Assembly: GCA_963794775.1 (NCBI GenBank)
Contig: CAWCGA010000008.1
Span: forward strand, 72,446 to 136,445
Length of the DNA stretch: 64,000 nt
Reading direction: 5' to 3'
Source of the DNA: an uncultured Alphaproteobacteria bacterium
GTDB taxonomy: Bacteria; Pseudomonadota; Alphaproteobacteria; Rhizobiales; Xanthobacteraceae
The translations under genes and the position numbers were made by a program. The notes under the pieces are model-generated. The model was given only the letters and a program-made list of their open reading frames with translations. It ran no database searches and was not told the origin of the DNA. Shown one piece after another: positions 30,923-43,011 of this stretch (position 1 is the first letter of the stretch; the number at the start of each line of letters is the position of its first letter).

Positions 30923-31621
30923 ATGTCCAAGAAAACGCGCAAGAAATCCCCCAAAACCGGGTCCAAGGCCAAATCCTCGGCAAAACCCGCGGCGACCAAA
31001 GCGAGGCCCCCAAAAGCCCGCCCCGCGACGGTCAGCAAAACACGCAAATCGGCAGCTTCCGGACCTTCGCACAAGGCCGCATCGAAAATGTTAAAATCAT
31101 CGGACGCCGCGCCGCCGAAAGCAGCAGGCGGCAAGGGCTCGGCTGTGGATAAATCTCCTGCGCTGGCCGAAGGTGCCAAGGCACCGGGCTTCCGCCTGCC
31201 TCGCGACGGCGGCGATAGTGTCGCGCTTTCAGACTTTTCCGGCAAGAAGCTGGTGCTGTTCTTCTACCCCAGGGCCGATACGCCAGGTTGTACCCGTGAG
31301 GCCATCGACTTCACGCGGTTGGCGCGTGATTTCACCGCAAGCGGAACGGCGGTGCTGGGCGTTTCGGCTGACACGCAGAAGGCGCAGGAATCGTTCCGCG
31401 ACAAGCACAAGCTTTCGGTCCCTCTGATTTCCGATGAGAAGCATCAGATGCTGGAGGCGTACGGCGCGTGGGGCGAAAAATCGATGTATGGCAGGACCTT
31501 CCTCGGGATTATTCGCACCACGGTTTTGGTCGGGAACGATGGCCGGGTGGCCAAGGTGTGGCGCCACGTCAAGGTCGATGGCCATGCCGACCAGGTGCTT
31601 GAGGCGGCTCGTTCTCTCTGA
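30923..31621 (+). CDS. bcp: Peroxiredoxin BCP/PrxQ with a Lys/Ala-rich N-terminal extension
   Basis: LFFYPRADTPGCTREA, YGAWGEKSMYG, VKVDGHA; AAGGAAGG RBS. Confidence 0.9.
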   Translation: MSKKTRKKSPKTGSKAKSSAKPAATKARPPKARPATVSKTRKSAASGPSHKAASKMLKSSDAAPPKAAGGKGSAVDKSPALAEGAKAPGFRLPRDGGDSVALSDFSGKKLVLFFYPRADTPGCTREAIDFTRLARDFTASGTAVLGVSADTQKAQESFRDKHKLSVPLISDEKHQMLEAYGAWGEKSMYGRTFLGIIRTTVLVGNDGRVAKVWRHVKVDGHADQVLEAARSL

Positions 31622-31725
31622 TCCCCGACCGGTTCCGTTCGCGAAAAATTAACCATGACGGCCCCAGATTGCTCGCGCAATTTGGGCCGTACGGAACCGT
31701 TGATCCGACCGGCGCGGGAGTGCCG

Positions 31726-33085
31726 ATGTCGCATCGTTCCGGTCATTATTCCGAGTACCCCCAGCACCATCCCCATGACCACGGCCGTCCGCTGACGCGC
31801 CGTGCCGCGGCCTATCAGACGCCGGCTACGGCGGTGGCCGCATCGCAATCCGGCTACACCATCGTTCACGCCGGCAAGCAGGTCCGCTTCGGCCCCGTCG
31901 CATTCTGGATCGTGGTCGGCACGGTGACCTTGCTCGGCATGTGGTCGGCTGCGACCGCCACCTATTTCGCCTTCCGCGACGACGTGCTGACGCGGCTGAT
32001 CGCGCGTCAGGCCGAGATGCAATACGCCTATGAGGATCGCATCTCGGAGCTGCGCGCCAAGGTCGATCGCACCACCAGCCGCCAGTTGCTCGATCAGGAG
32101 CAGTTCGACCAGAAGCTCGAGCAGATCATGAAGCGGCAGACCGCGCTGGAATCGCGCGCCACCGCGCTCGGCGCCATGCCCGACGTCACCGGCTCGATCC
32201 GGCCCCCTGCCCGCGGCGCCACCGCGAGCGAGCCCGCATCTGGCGTGCCGAAGCCGAACCCGATCAGCGACACCGTGATCTTCGTGGCGCCGCCGGATCG
32301 CGAGGCGCGGCTGGAATCGCGCGCGCCTGTGGTGGCGAGCCGGCCGCAGAATCAATTCGCCAAGATCCAGGGCGTCGACAATGTCCTGGGCCGGCTGCAG
32401 ACATCGCTGGATCAGGTCGAAGGCCGCCAGATGGCGGCGCTCAATTCAGTCGAGGACAGCATCGAGTCGCGGCTGCGCCGGATGCGCGGCGTGATCGGCG
32501 ATCTCGGCCTCGACATGGCGCAGCTTGAAGCCGCAACGCCGCGCGCGCCGATGGGCGGGCCGTTCGTTCCCGTGAAATTGTCTGCCGATGCGAGCGCCTT
32601 CGATCGCCAGCTCTATCGCATCAACATCAACCGCGCCCAGATGGACCGGCTGAGCCGCACGCTGGCGCTGGTGCCCTATCGCAAGCCGGTCATCGGCGAA
32701 GTCGAATTCACCTCCGGCTTCGGCGTGCGCAGCGATCCCTTCCTCGGCCGCCCCGCCATGCATACCGGCCTCGATTTCCGCGCCCAGACCGGCGATCCCG
32801 TCCGGGTCACCGCCAACGGCAAGGTGATCTCGGCAGGATGGTCGGGCGGCTACGGTCGCATGGTCGAAGTCGATCACGGCAACGGGCTGTCGACGCGCTA
32901 CGGCCATCTCTCCGAGATCGGCGTGAAGGTCGGCGAGATCGTCAGAGATCGGACAGGTGATCGGCGAGGTCGGCTCGACCGGCCGCTCCACCGGTCCGCA
33001 TCTGCATTATGAAACGCGGATCGACGGCGAAGCCGTCGACCCCCAGAAGTTCCTGCGCGCCGGCGTGCGGCTTAGCGCGGGCTAG
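31726..33085 (+). CDS. M23 metallopeptidase with TM and coiled coil; frameshift near 32945
   Basis: TSGFG.R.DPF, HTGLD, GYGRMVEVDHG, YGHLS; the shifted frame gives GSTGRSTGPHLHYE..DPQKFL, TAG ending 33085. Confidence 0.9.
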
Positions 33086-33175
33086 AAATCCGTCAACGCA
33101 GCCCTCATGCTGGAGCGAAGCCGTCAACGAAACGGGCCTCGCTCGAGACCGCTCGGCCTGCTCCCGAGCCTAACG

Positions 33176-34412
33176 CTAATGCGTGGTGTCGTGGCCGACC
33201 TCGCCGGTGATGACGTCGCCGAACAGATGCCAGGCCTCGCCGTCGAATTTCTGCAGCTGCATCTGCTCGATCGGGAAGAAGTCGTCCGGGCTGGTGTTGA
33301 TCTTGATGCCGGGCAGCATCACGTCGGAGGAGAAGTCCTTCAGGTTCGCGGCCTGCTTCATGATGTTCTCGCGGGTCAGATCGTCGCCGCACTGCTTCAG
33401 CACCTGCACCATGGTCTGCGCCACCGCATAGCCATAGACGTTGTTGGAGTTCAGCTTGTCGCCTTCCGGATAATACTTGTCCATGAAAGCGCGCCACGCC
33501 TTGATGCCCGCATCGTCCTTCCAGGCCGGATCGGTCGGGTCCTTCAGATAGGCCGACGAAATGATGCCCTTGGCGTTTTCAAAGCCGGCCGGCTTCAGCA
33601 CGCCGGCGACCGAGGTCGAGACGTTGGCGAGGAAGAAGCGCGGCTTCCAGCCGATCTCGCCGACTTTCCGGATCGCCTGCGCCGATCCTTTCGGCGCCGC
33701 CCATGAGAAGAACGTGTCGGCGCCGGAATCGCGCAGCGCCACGATCTGGGAATTGATCGAGGGATCGCTGACCTCATAGGACTTGTCGGCGATGATCATC
33801 TTGTCGGCCTTGTCGCCGAGGCCGTCGCGCAATCCCTTGACCTGGTCCTTGCCGGCGTCGTCGTTCTGCCAGAACACCGCGATCTTGGCGTCGGGGAAGT
33901 GCTCGAGGATGTATTTGCCGTAGATGCGCCCTTCGCTCTGGTAGTTGGGCTGCCAGCCCATGGTCCACGGAAAATTCTTGGGATCGCCCCATTTGGTGGC
34001 GCCGGTCGCCACGAACAGTTGCGGCACCTTCTTGGCGTTCATGTATTTCTGGATCGCCGAGTTGGACGGCGTGCCGAGCGACTGGAAGATGAACAGCACC
34101 TCGTCGCTTTCGACCAGCTTGCGCGCCTGCTCGATCGCCTTCGGCGGGCTGTAGCCGTCGTCATAGGTGATGAACTTGATCTTGCGGCCGTTGATGCCGC
34201 CCTGATCGTTGACCATGTCGAAATAGGCTTTTTCGGTCAGGCCGATCACGCCATAGGACGACGCCGGCCCGCTATAGGGCATGATGTTGCCGATCTTGAT
34301 CTCGGTGTCGGTCGCGCCGGCATCGTATTTCTTCTGGGCTTGCGCTGGGGTGGCAAGGGCCGCGGCAGTGGCGAAAGCCGCGACAGGCAACGCGTCTCGT
34401 AAGAGCCAGCAT
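33176..34412 (-). CDS. Branched-chain-amino-acid-type ABC substrate-binding protein; frameshift in the signal peptide near 34385
   Basis: KKYDAGATDTEIKIGNIMPYSGPAS, GGINGRKI, DDGYSPPK; GGGAGA RBS before ATG 34412 in another frame. Confidence 0.9.
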
Positions 34413-34550
34413 CGTTCTCTCCCGTGGATGATTGTTTGTTTTTGTTGCCTGCAGTCTCGCAAGACTGCCGCGGACTGGCAAGCATCCGGCAATTGCACTT
34501 AAGTCCGCATTTTCCGCGCCGCGAAACGGCATTGTTGCAGGCCATCATTT

Positions 34551-36736
34551 GTGATTGATGCTCGTCCAAAGGCAAGATTGGAACAGAAACGGATTGGCCC
34601 GCGACATCCGCGACTTGGCGCTGCCGGCTTTCGCCTGGCGCGATGGCTCGCCGCGAAAACCATGGCGCGGGCCGGCTTCCACCAGCTCGGCTCGGACTTC
34701 GCGAACGCGCGGCTCGCGCTGGCGCGCGAAAAACTCGCGCGCGGCGAGACGCTCTATCTCGCAGGCCTCGGTGCGCCCGGCACGCATAATTCCGGCGTGG
34801 CGCTGGTCGAGGTGACGCAGGCGAGCGGCCCGCGCCTGATCCTCAACAATGAGGAAGAGCGCTTTTCCGGCAACAAGCACACCACGGAATATCCGCGAAA
34901 GTCCGATCGATGCGATGGTCGCGGCCTTGCGCGGCATGGGACGCGACATCGGCGACATCTTCGCCTGGCTGACTTCGTGGGATTATCCGACGCTCGCCGG
35001 CACGATGTTCCGCTCGGTGCTGGAGGAAGCGCCGCAAAGCCTGCGGCTGCTGCGCGCCACCGAGGCCGCCGGTTTCGACGGCCGCCGGCTCGACCAGATG
35101 ACGCGCACGCCGAAGATTCTGGCGCGCCAGCTCGGCCTCGTCCGAGCGCGTGCCGCTGATCGCGATGCCGCATCACGACAATCACGCCTGGTTCTCGTTC
35201 GCGGCCTCGCCCTTTGCCGATGACGGCGAGCCGGTCGCGATCGCCGTGCTCGACGGCACCGGCGATCTCGGCTCGATCTCGCTCTACGTCGTCGAGAGAC
35301 GGCGCGATGCAGCAGCTCTATTGCAACGACAGCATGTTCGACTCGCTCGGCGCCTTCTACAGCGTGATCTCGTCCACGCAAGGCGGCTGGACCTGGCTGT
35401 CCAGCGAGGGCCGCTACATGGGCGCGGCCGCCTGGGGCGACATGAACCGCGCCAGCAATCCCTATTACGCGCGACTGAAGGAGGTGCTGCAGTTCGGCGA
35501 TGGCGGCGAAATCCGACTCAACCGCGCGATGGCCAACTGGTACGCCGACCCCTTCGAGAATCCCTACAAGCGCGCACTGATCGATATCCTCGGCGAGCCG
35601 CTGAAGCCGGCGCAACTCTGGAATCCCGATGCGGTGCTGCGCGTCGAGGACATCAAGCATCGCCCGGACACGCAGGATCGCCTCGACAAGGCCGCCGCGA
35701 CCCAACTCGTGTTCGAGGACGCCATGATCCATGTGGTGGATCATCTGCTGCGCACGACCGGCGCTAATCGGCTGGTGCTGACCGGCGGCGTGGCGCTGAA
35801 CGCGGTCGGCAACATGCGGCTGCTCGAACATTTCGACGAGGCGTGGTTTGCGAACAATCCAGCGGCGGCAGACGCGCCTGCATCTCTGGGTGCCGCCGGT
35901 GCCCGGCGATCCCGGCGTCACCATCGGCGCGGCCTGGCTGTTCGCGCATCTGGCGGGCGCCCCGCGCGGCGCGCCGATGACGCATGCTTTCTATTGCGGC
36001 CTGCCGCCGTTGCGCGGCGAGATCGAAGCTGCGCTGCAGGCCGACGACATCGCCTCGCAGCGCATCGGCGATATCTCGACCGCTGCCGGCCGCGACGAGA
36101 TCGCGGACCTGATGGCGTTCATGGTGGCGCAAGGCGGCGTGATCGCGATTTACCAGGGCGCGGCCGAAACCGGCCCGCGCGCGCTCGGCCATCGTTCGAT
36201 CCTCGCCAATCCCTGCGACGCCGGCGTGCGCGAACTGCTCAACGCGCGCGTCAAATATCGCGAGGCGATCCGCCCGCTGGCGCCGATGGCGACGCTGGAA
36301 GCGGCGCGCGAGTATTTCGACCTGCTCGAAGGCGCTTCCGACGGCGACTACAACGCCTACAATTACATGGTGCTGACGGCGCGCTCGAAGCCGCATGCCC
36401 GCGAGAAAATCCCGGCAGTGATTCACGCCGACGGCACCGGGCGCATCCAGATCGTGCGCGAGGCCGACGATCCCCTCACCTACGCCTATCTGAAGGCGCT
36501 CGGCCGCCGCATCGGCGTCGAGATGTCGGTCAACACGTCGTTCAATGTCGCGGGTCCCATCGCGCAGACGCCGCAGCAGGCGATCGACACGCTGCGGCGC
36601 TCGAAGGGGCTGGATGTGGTGCTGCTGGTCGCGAGCGACGGCGCCGTGTTCGCGGCCTGGCATGGCGGCGAGCGCGACAGCGGACAGGTTTACGGGATGG
36701 CTTGCGGAGTGGAAGGCGGCGCGAGCGAGCGGCTGA
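34551..36736 (+). CDS. Carbamoyltransferase (NodU/CmcH/TobZ family), about 5 frameshifts
   Basis: Joined frames give HNSGVAL..EEERFS..KH, PHHDNHA, VLDGTGD, LTGGVALNAVGN, GDPGVTIGAA, ETGPRALGHRSILA, VKYRE..RPLAP, VIHADGTGRIQ, NTSFN. Confidence 0.88.
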
Positions 36737-36782
36737 TCACTTCGTCTTCGGCCGCGACACGATCTCGATCATCTGGCCTTCG

Positions 36783-37615
36783 TCAGCCGTCGGGCGCGTG
36801 CGCCTTCGCCTTCGCATAGGCCTCGACCGCGGCGCGGCTGACCGGCACCTCCGGCAGCAAGCTCTCCGCCAGCGCGACCGCATAGGCCGCATCCTTGTGG
36901 CGCAGCGCCGCGGTGAAGGTCGCGCCGGAAAAGTCGCGCGCGGCCATCCGCTTGGAATGCCGGATCACCTGCGGGCTTGCCACCGCGCCGGTCGAGAGCG
37001 CTTCCGCCACGAGCTTCATGTCGAGGCCGGCCTGCTCGGCGATCGCCAGGCCCTCGGCGAGGCTCGCGATCTGCACCGCGCCCATGAGATTGTTGATCAG
37101 CTTGAACACCGTGCCCGATCCGACCGCGCCGAAATGGCGGATCGGTGTTGCCGATCGGCGCGAGATACGGCCGCGCCTTCTCCAGATCAGCGGCATCGGC
37201 GCCGACCAGCAGCGTCAGCTTGCCGGCGGCGGCGGCTTCCGGCAGGCCGGTGACGGGACAATCGATATAGATCAACCCGCGCCCGCGCAGCTCGCGCGCC
37301 ATCGCAAGCGCATGGGCATGCGAGACCGTCGAGCATTCGATCGCGAGCGTGCCGGCCTTCATGGTCGCGGCCGCGCCGTCTTTGCCGAGCCAGACCTCGC
37401 GCGAGGCTTCGTCATCGGCGACCATGGTCACGACCGCGTCGGCATCGATCGGCGGCATCCTCCGGCGAGGTCGCCCATCGCGCGCCGCGCGCGATCAGAT
37501 CGTCGGCCTTGGCCTTGCTGCGATTCCAGACCGTGACCGCAAAGCCGGCATCGAGATAGCGGCCGGCCATGCCGTGCCCCATCCGCCCGAGCCCGATGAA
37601 GGCGACGCGGGTCAT
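36783..37615 (-). CDS. NAD(P)-dependent oxidoreductase (3-hydroxyisobutyrate dehydrogenase family), frameshifts near 37450 and 37140
   Basis: [40 protein letters not shown]. Confidence 0.88.
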
Positions 37616-37618
37616 GGG

Positions 37619-38752
37619 CTAATCCACGTCCTCGATCGCGTCCGGCCGTCGTGCCGAAGGCGCGCTGCGCCAGGGTCGCGGCCATGAACTCGTCGAGATC
37701 GCCGTCGAGCACGCCCGATGTGTCCGAGGTCTGCACGCCCGTGCGCAGATCCTTCACCATCTGATAGGGCTGCAGCACATAGGAGCGGATCTGGTGGCCC
37801 CAGCCGATATCGGTCTTGGCCGCCTGATCGGCGGCGGCCTTCTCCTCGCGCTTCTTCAGCTCGATCTCATAGAGCCGCGCGCGCAGCATGTCCCAGGCCT
37901 GCGCGCGGTTCTTGTGCTGGGAGCGGCCGGCCTGGCAGACCACGGCGATGCCGGTCGGGATATGCGTCAGCCGCACCGCCGACTCGGTCTTGTTGACGTG
38001 CTGGCCGCCGGCGCCGCCCGAGCGCATGGTGTCGGTGCGCACGTCGCCTTCCTTGATGTCGATCTTGATGCTGTCGTCGATCACGGGAAAAATCTGCACC
38101 GACGAGAACGAGGTGTGCCGCCGCGCGTTGGAATCGAACGGCGAAATCCGCACCAGGCGATGCACGCCCGCTTCGGTCTTCAGCCAGCCATAGGCGTTAT
38201 GGCCGGAAATCTGCATGGTCGCCGATTTGATGCCGGCCTCTTCGCCCTGCGACTCCTCGAGATATTCGACCTTGAAGCCGTGCTTCTCGGCCCAGCGCGT
38301 GTACATGCGCAGCAGCATCTGCGCCCAGTCCTGGCTCTCGGTGCCGCCGGCGCCGGCATGAACTTCGAGATAGGAATCGAACTTGTCGGCCTCGCCCGAC
38401 AGCAGCGCTTCCAGCTCGCGCCGCGCGACCTCCTTCTTGAGGGCCTTCAGCGCATTCTCGGCTTCCTTGACGACGGCCGCATCGTTCTCGGCCTCGCCGA
38501 GCTCGATCATGCTCGATATTGTCCTCGAGCTCGCGCTCGACCTTGCCGATGCCGGACAGCGCATCCTCCAGCGAGGTGCGCTCCTGCATCAGCTTCTGTG
38601 CCTTCTGGGGATCGTTCCAGAGATTGGGATCTTCGGCGAGCTTGTTCAGCTCAGCCAGCCGTGCCGTCGATGTCTCGACGTCAAAGATGCCTCCTCAGCA
38701 GCCCGACCGACTGCTTGATCTCTTCAACTAACCGTTCGACTTCGGCGCGCAT
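37619..38752 (-). CDS. prfB: Peptide chain release factor 2 (programmed +1 frameshift plus extra indels near 38512 and 37640)
   Basis: [16 protein letters not shown] (SPF), GGAGGQHVN (GGQ), WGHQIRSYV. Confidence 0.96.
38680..38695 (-). promoter_or_regulatory. prfB programmed +1 ribosomal frameshift site
   Basis: Minus strand reads AGGAGG-CAT-CTT-TGA-C: internal SD, 3-nt spacer, slippery CUU UGA C. Confidence 0.95.
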
Positions 38753-38849
38753 GGGACTATCGGCTCTTCAGCTTCTGAAATTCGAAGTGGATGTAGCGGC
38801 GCGCGGCCGAAAGCGCAATCGGCCGCGCGGAACTTCTCGAACGCTGGCG

Positions 38850-41412
38850 CTAGTACAGCCCGCCGGTGCCCGGGCGCATGATCGAGCCGGCGTCAGGCGA
38901 GACACCCTGCTGGATCGGCGGCCGATAACCTCCGCCTGGGCCGCCGCTGTAACCGCCACCGACATAGCCGCCGCTATTGGTGCCGTCGGCATCGGCGACC
39001 CCGATGACGGAGTAGTTGTCCGGCGGCGCGGTGCCGGGCTTGAAGGCTTCCAGAATGGTGCCGCCGCCGGTATCGCCCGGACCGACGCGCATGCCGGTCT
39101 TGGCGTCGACCCGGATCAGCTTGATGCCGGCCGGAATCTTGAACGGCGTCGCCGGCTTGTCGGCGAGCGCAAGCTTGAGGAAGTCGCGCGCGATGGGCGC
39201 CGCAAGATGGCCGCCGGTCGCGGCGTTGCCTCTGCCGAGCGGCCGCGGCTTGTCGTAGCCCATGTAGATGCCGACCGCGATATCAGGCGAGAAGCCGACG
39301 AACCAGGCGTCCTTGGCCTCGTTGGTGGTGCCGGTCTTGCCGGCGATCGGCTTGCCGACTTCCTTGACCGCGATCGCGGTGCCGCGTTGAACCACGCCTT
39401 CCATCAGCGAGGTGATCTGGTAGGCGGTCATGGTGTCGAGCACCTGCTCGCGGCGGTCGACGAGCTGCGGCTCGGGCTGGTTCTTCCAGCCGCCGGGCGC
39501 GTCGCAGCCGCGGCATTCGCGGGCGTCATGCTTGAAGATGGTGTGGCCGTAGCGGTCCTGGATGCGGTCGATCAAGGTCGGCTTCACGCGGCGTCCGCCA
39601 TTGGCGATCATCGAATAGGCCGTCACCATCCGCATCACGGTGGTTTCGCCGGCGCCGAGCGCGTAGGACAGATAGTTCGGCAGTTCGTCATAGACGCCGA
39701 AGCGGCGCGCATATTCCGAGATCAAGGGCATGCCGATGTCCTGCGCAAGCCGCACGGTCACCGTGTTCAGCGACAGCCGCAGCGCGTTGCGCAGCGTCGT
39801 CGGGCCCTGGTATTTGCCGTTGGAGAAGTTTTCCGGCCGCCACACGCCGGCGCCCTGCCCCTGATCGATTTCGATCGGCGCGTCGACCACGACCGTCGAC
39901 GGCGTGTAGCCGTTGTCGAGCGCGGCCGAATAGACGATCGGCTTGAACGACGAGCCGGGCTGCCGGTAGGCCTGCGTGGCGCGGTTGAACTGGCTCCGGT
40001 CGAACGAGAAGCCGCCGACCATCGCGAGCACGCGGCCGGTGTTCGGGATCCATCACCACCATCGCGCCGGAGACTTCCGGCAATTGCTCGAGCCGATACT
40101 GGCCTTCGACCGGGTTGCCGTCCTTGAACAGGGGATCGACATAGATCACGTCGCCGGGCGCAGCACTTGCGCCACCGAGGTCGGCGTCTTGCCGCGCGTA
40201 TTGCCCTGCGTCGGCCTTGGCCCATTTCACGCCGTCGAGCGTGACGATTCCGGTCTTGCGTTGCTTGTTGACCGCGCCGCCGAGATCGCGCGTGGGCTGG
40301 AAGCCGACGCGGGCGGATTGATCGCTGATCTCCAGCACGACCGCCATCTGCCAGGGCGAGATGTCGGAGAGCGACTTGACGTCGGCGAGCTTCACGCCCC
40401 AGTCGCCGGAAATGTCCAGCTTCTGGACCGCGCCGCGATAGCCCTGCTCCTGATCGTAGCGGACGAGGCCGGCGACCATGGTCTTGCGCGCCTCGAGCTG
40501 GATCTTCGGATCGAGCGTGGTGCGCACCGAGAGGCCGCCCTCATAAAGCTTCTTCTCGCCATAGCGCTCGAAGATGTCGCGGCGCACTTCCTCGGCGAAA
40601 TACTCGCCGGCGAAGGTGTGCGCGCCGTTGGTGCGGTTGGTGACGACCAGCGGCTCCTTGCGCGCCTTTTCGGCATCGGAGGTCTTGATCCAGCCGTTCT
40701 CCTGCAGGCGGTCGATCACATAGTTGCGGCGCTCGATGGCGCGGTCGCGGTTGCGCACCGGATGCAGCGCGGCGGGCGCCTTCGGCAGCGAGGCGAGATA
40801 GGAGGCTTCCGCGATGGTGAGCTCGTTCACCGACTTGTCGAAATAGACCAGCGAGGCGGCGGCGATGCCGTAGGCGCCGAGGCCGAGATAGATTTCGTTC
40901 AGATAGAGCTCGAGGATCTTGTCCTTGGAATAGGCGCGCTCGATGCGCATCGCCAGCAAGGCTTCCTTGATCTTGCGGGCGAACGACACCTCGTTGTTCA
41001 GCAGGAAGTTCTTGGCGACCTGCTGGGTGATGGTGGAGGCGCCCTGCGGGCGGCGGTTGGAGCCGTAGTTCTGGGCATAGAGCAGCGCGGCGCGCGCCAT
41101 GCCGGAATAGTCGATGCCGCCATGCTCGTAGAAGTTCTTGTCTTCGGCGGCGAGGAACGCGTTGATGACGAGCTTCGGCACCGCCTGGATCGGCAGATAG
41201 AGCCGCCGCTCCTTGGCGTATTCGCCGAGCAGCGATCCGTCGGTCGCGTGGACGCGCGTCATGACCGGCGGCTCGTAGTCCTGCAGCTGGGAGTAATCGG
41301 GCAGGTCCTTGGAGAAATGCCAGATCATTCCGGCCGCGGCCGCAATGCCGACCAGGAACACCACGGTTCCGGCCGCGAACAGGAACCCAAAAAACCGCAC
41401 CAGCAAGCGCAT
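38850..41412 (-). CDS. mrcA: Penicillin-binding protein 1A; frameshifts at about 40040-40200
   Basis: Transglycosylase EDKNFYEHGGID and QGASTITQQ; transpeptidase SSFK, SLN and KTG motifs. Confidence 0.93.
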
Positions 41413-41625
41413 TCAGATCTGTTCCTAACCCTTGCGCCGAAAGGAAATAATGCGGCGCCTTCCTCAAGATCGGCAAATCTGCCCCCGGCAGATCCAGCAA
41501 TGTCACTCTTCGATACACTTGCCGCGACGGAATTTCAGGTGATTCCGAACACCTTACCGCTGTTTTATAAAGCCGCCGCTGTGGCCAAACTAGGGCCTTC
41601 AAACCTGCCCCGGACGACCTTTCGT

Positions 41626-42945
41626 TCATCTTCCTCGCGCTGCTCCAGCCGTAGCCAGCCGTTTGGCCAGAAAAACATCGATCGCCTGGCCCATCGCGGC
41701 CACCGTCTTGGAACGCCAGCTTTCCGAGACGAGATGCTCGAGGTCGCCCTTGTTGGAGACATAACCGAGCTCGACCAGCACACTGGGCACGTCGGGCGCC
41801 TTCAGCACGCGGAAGCCCGCCGACTTCAGCGGGTTCTTGTGCATGCGGACCGTGCCCTTCATCTCGCCCATCAAGAGACGGGCGAAGCGGTTTGAAAAGG
41901 TGCGGGTTTCCCGTTGCGCGAGGTCGATCAGGATATCGGCGACCTCGGTCGGCTCTTCGCGTCAGATCGACGCCGCCGATGGCGTCGGCGCGGTTTTCCA
42001 ATTCGGCGAGCCGCTCGGCCTCGGCGTCGGAGGCCTTGTCCGAGACCGTGTAGATGGTCGCGCCCTGGGCATCGCCCTCGCCGCGCGGCAGATAGTCGGC
42101 ATGAATCGAGACGAACAGCGCCGCCGCCTGGCTGTGCGCGACCTTCACGCGGTCATCGAGCGGAATGAAGGTGTCGTCGCTGCGGGTCATGACGACGCGA
42201 TATTTGCCCGACTTCTCCAGCCGGTCGCGCAAGGCAAGACCAAACGCCAGCACCAGGTTCTTTTCCATCTCCTCGCCCGAGCGCGTGCCGTTGTCGACGC
42301 CGCCATGGCCGGGATCGATCACCACCACCGGCCGGGAATCCGGCGGCGCCGCGGGCTTCGGCGGAGACTGCGGCCTGTGGCGCGACGGCGGCCATCGATT
42401 CCGAGACCGCGGGCTTCAGCTCGGACCGGCCGTTCGCCAGCGATTGCAGGAAGGTCGGCCGATCGACCTCTTCCAGCTCGACCACCAGCCGCGGCGGCTG
42501 ATCGTTGGCGGCATCGAGCATGGTGGCGTTGGCGATCCTTGCAGGCCCGGTCAGGTCGAACACCATGCGGGAGCCGCCCGGCATCACCATGCCGTAGCGA
42601 AATGCCTTGACCAGCCCACGCCCGTTGCCGCCCGTCCCGGCCGGGAGGCGAAAATTGACCTGGGGAATGTCGATCACCACCCGGTAGGGATCATCCAGCG
42701 CAAAGGCGCGAAACTGGATGGTCTTGTCGAGGTCGAGGACAAAGCGGGTCAGCTTGGCGTCGCCGGCGAGCCGGGCATCGGAGGCGATCGGGAAGCTCGG
42801 GCGGTAGCCTGGCCTTGTGGCTGGGCCTGAGAGGCGGCGCCTGCTCTTCGGCGGCACTGACCAAGGGAAGCTCGGCGCATCCCAATGCTGCGCCGCACAG
42901 CAGCACGCAGCCCAGCAAAACCTGTCGATTTGCGCGGGTCGCCAC
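41626..42945 (-). CDS. amiC: N-acetylmuramoyl-L-alanine amidase (AMIN + Amidase_3), several frameshifts
   Basis: TRFVLDL..PYRVVID (AMIN); VVIDPGHGG.D.G, E.EK..L, FVSIHAD, AGFRVLKAPDVPSVLVELGY. Confidence 0.9.
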
Positions 42946-42995
42946 CGATTCCCCTATCTCCGAGGCGCCTTTCCTAGCCCAATAAAACTGCAGGG

Positions 42996-43011
42996 TTAAC
43001 GGCTTCTTAAC
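42996..43011. promoter_or_regulatory. CtrA box
   Basis: TTAA-cggcttc-TTAAC, exact TTAA-N7-TTAAC, about 50 bp upstream of the amiC start. Confidence 0.75.

Noticed and set aside
29429-31621. 730-aa ORF suggesting a giant peroxiredoxin fusion
   Set aside because: The first ~500 codons mostly lie antisense to the yhdP-like gene; an RBS-supported start is at 30923
34551-36736. nodU as evidence of a symbiosis island
   Set aside because: No nodABC or nitrogenase genes and no mobility genes; the family is broad
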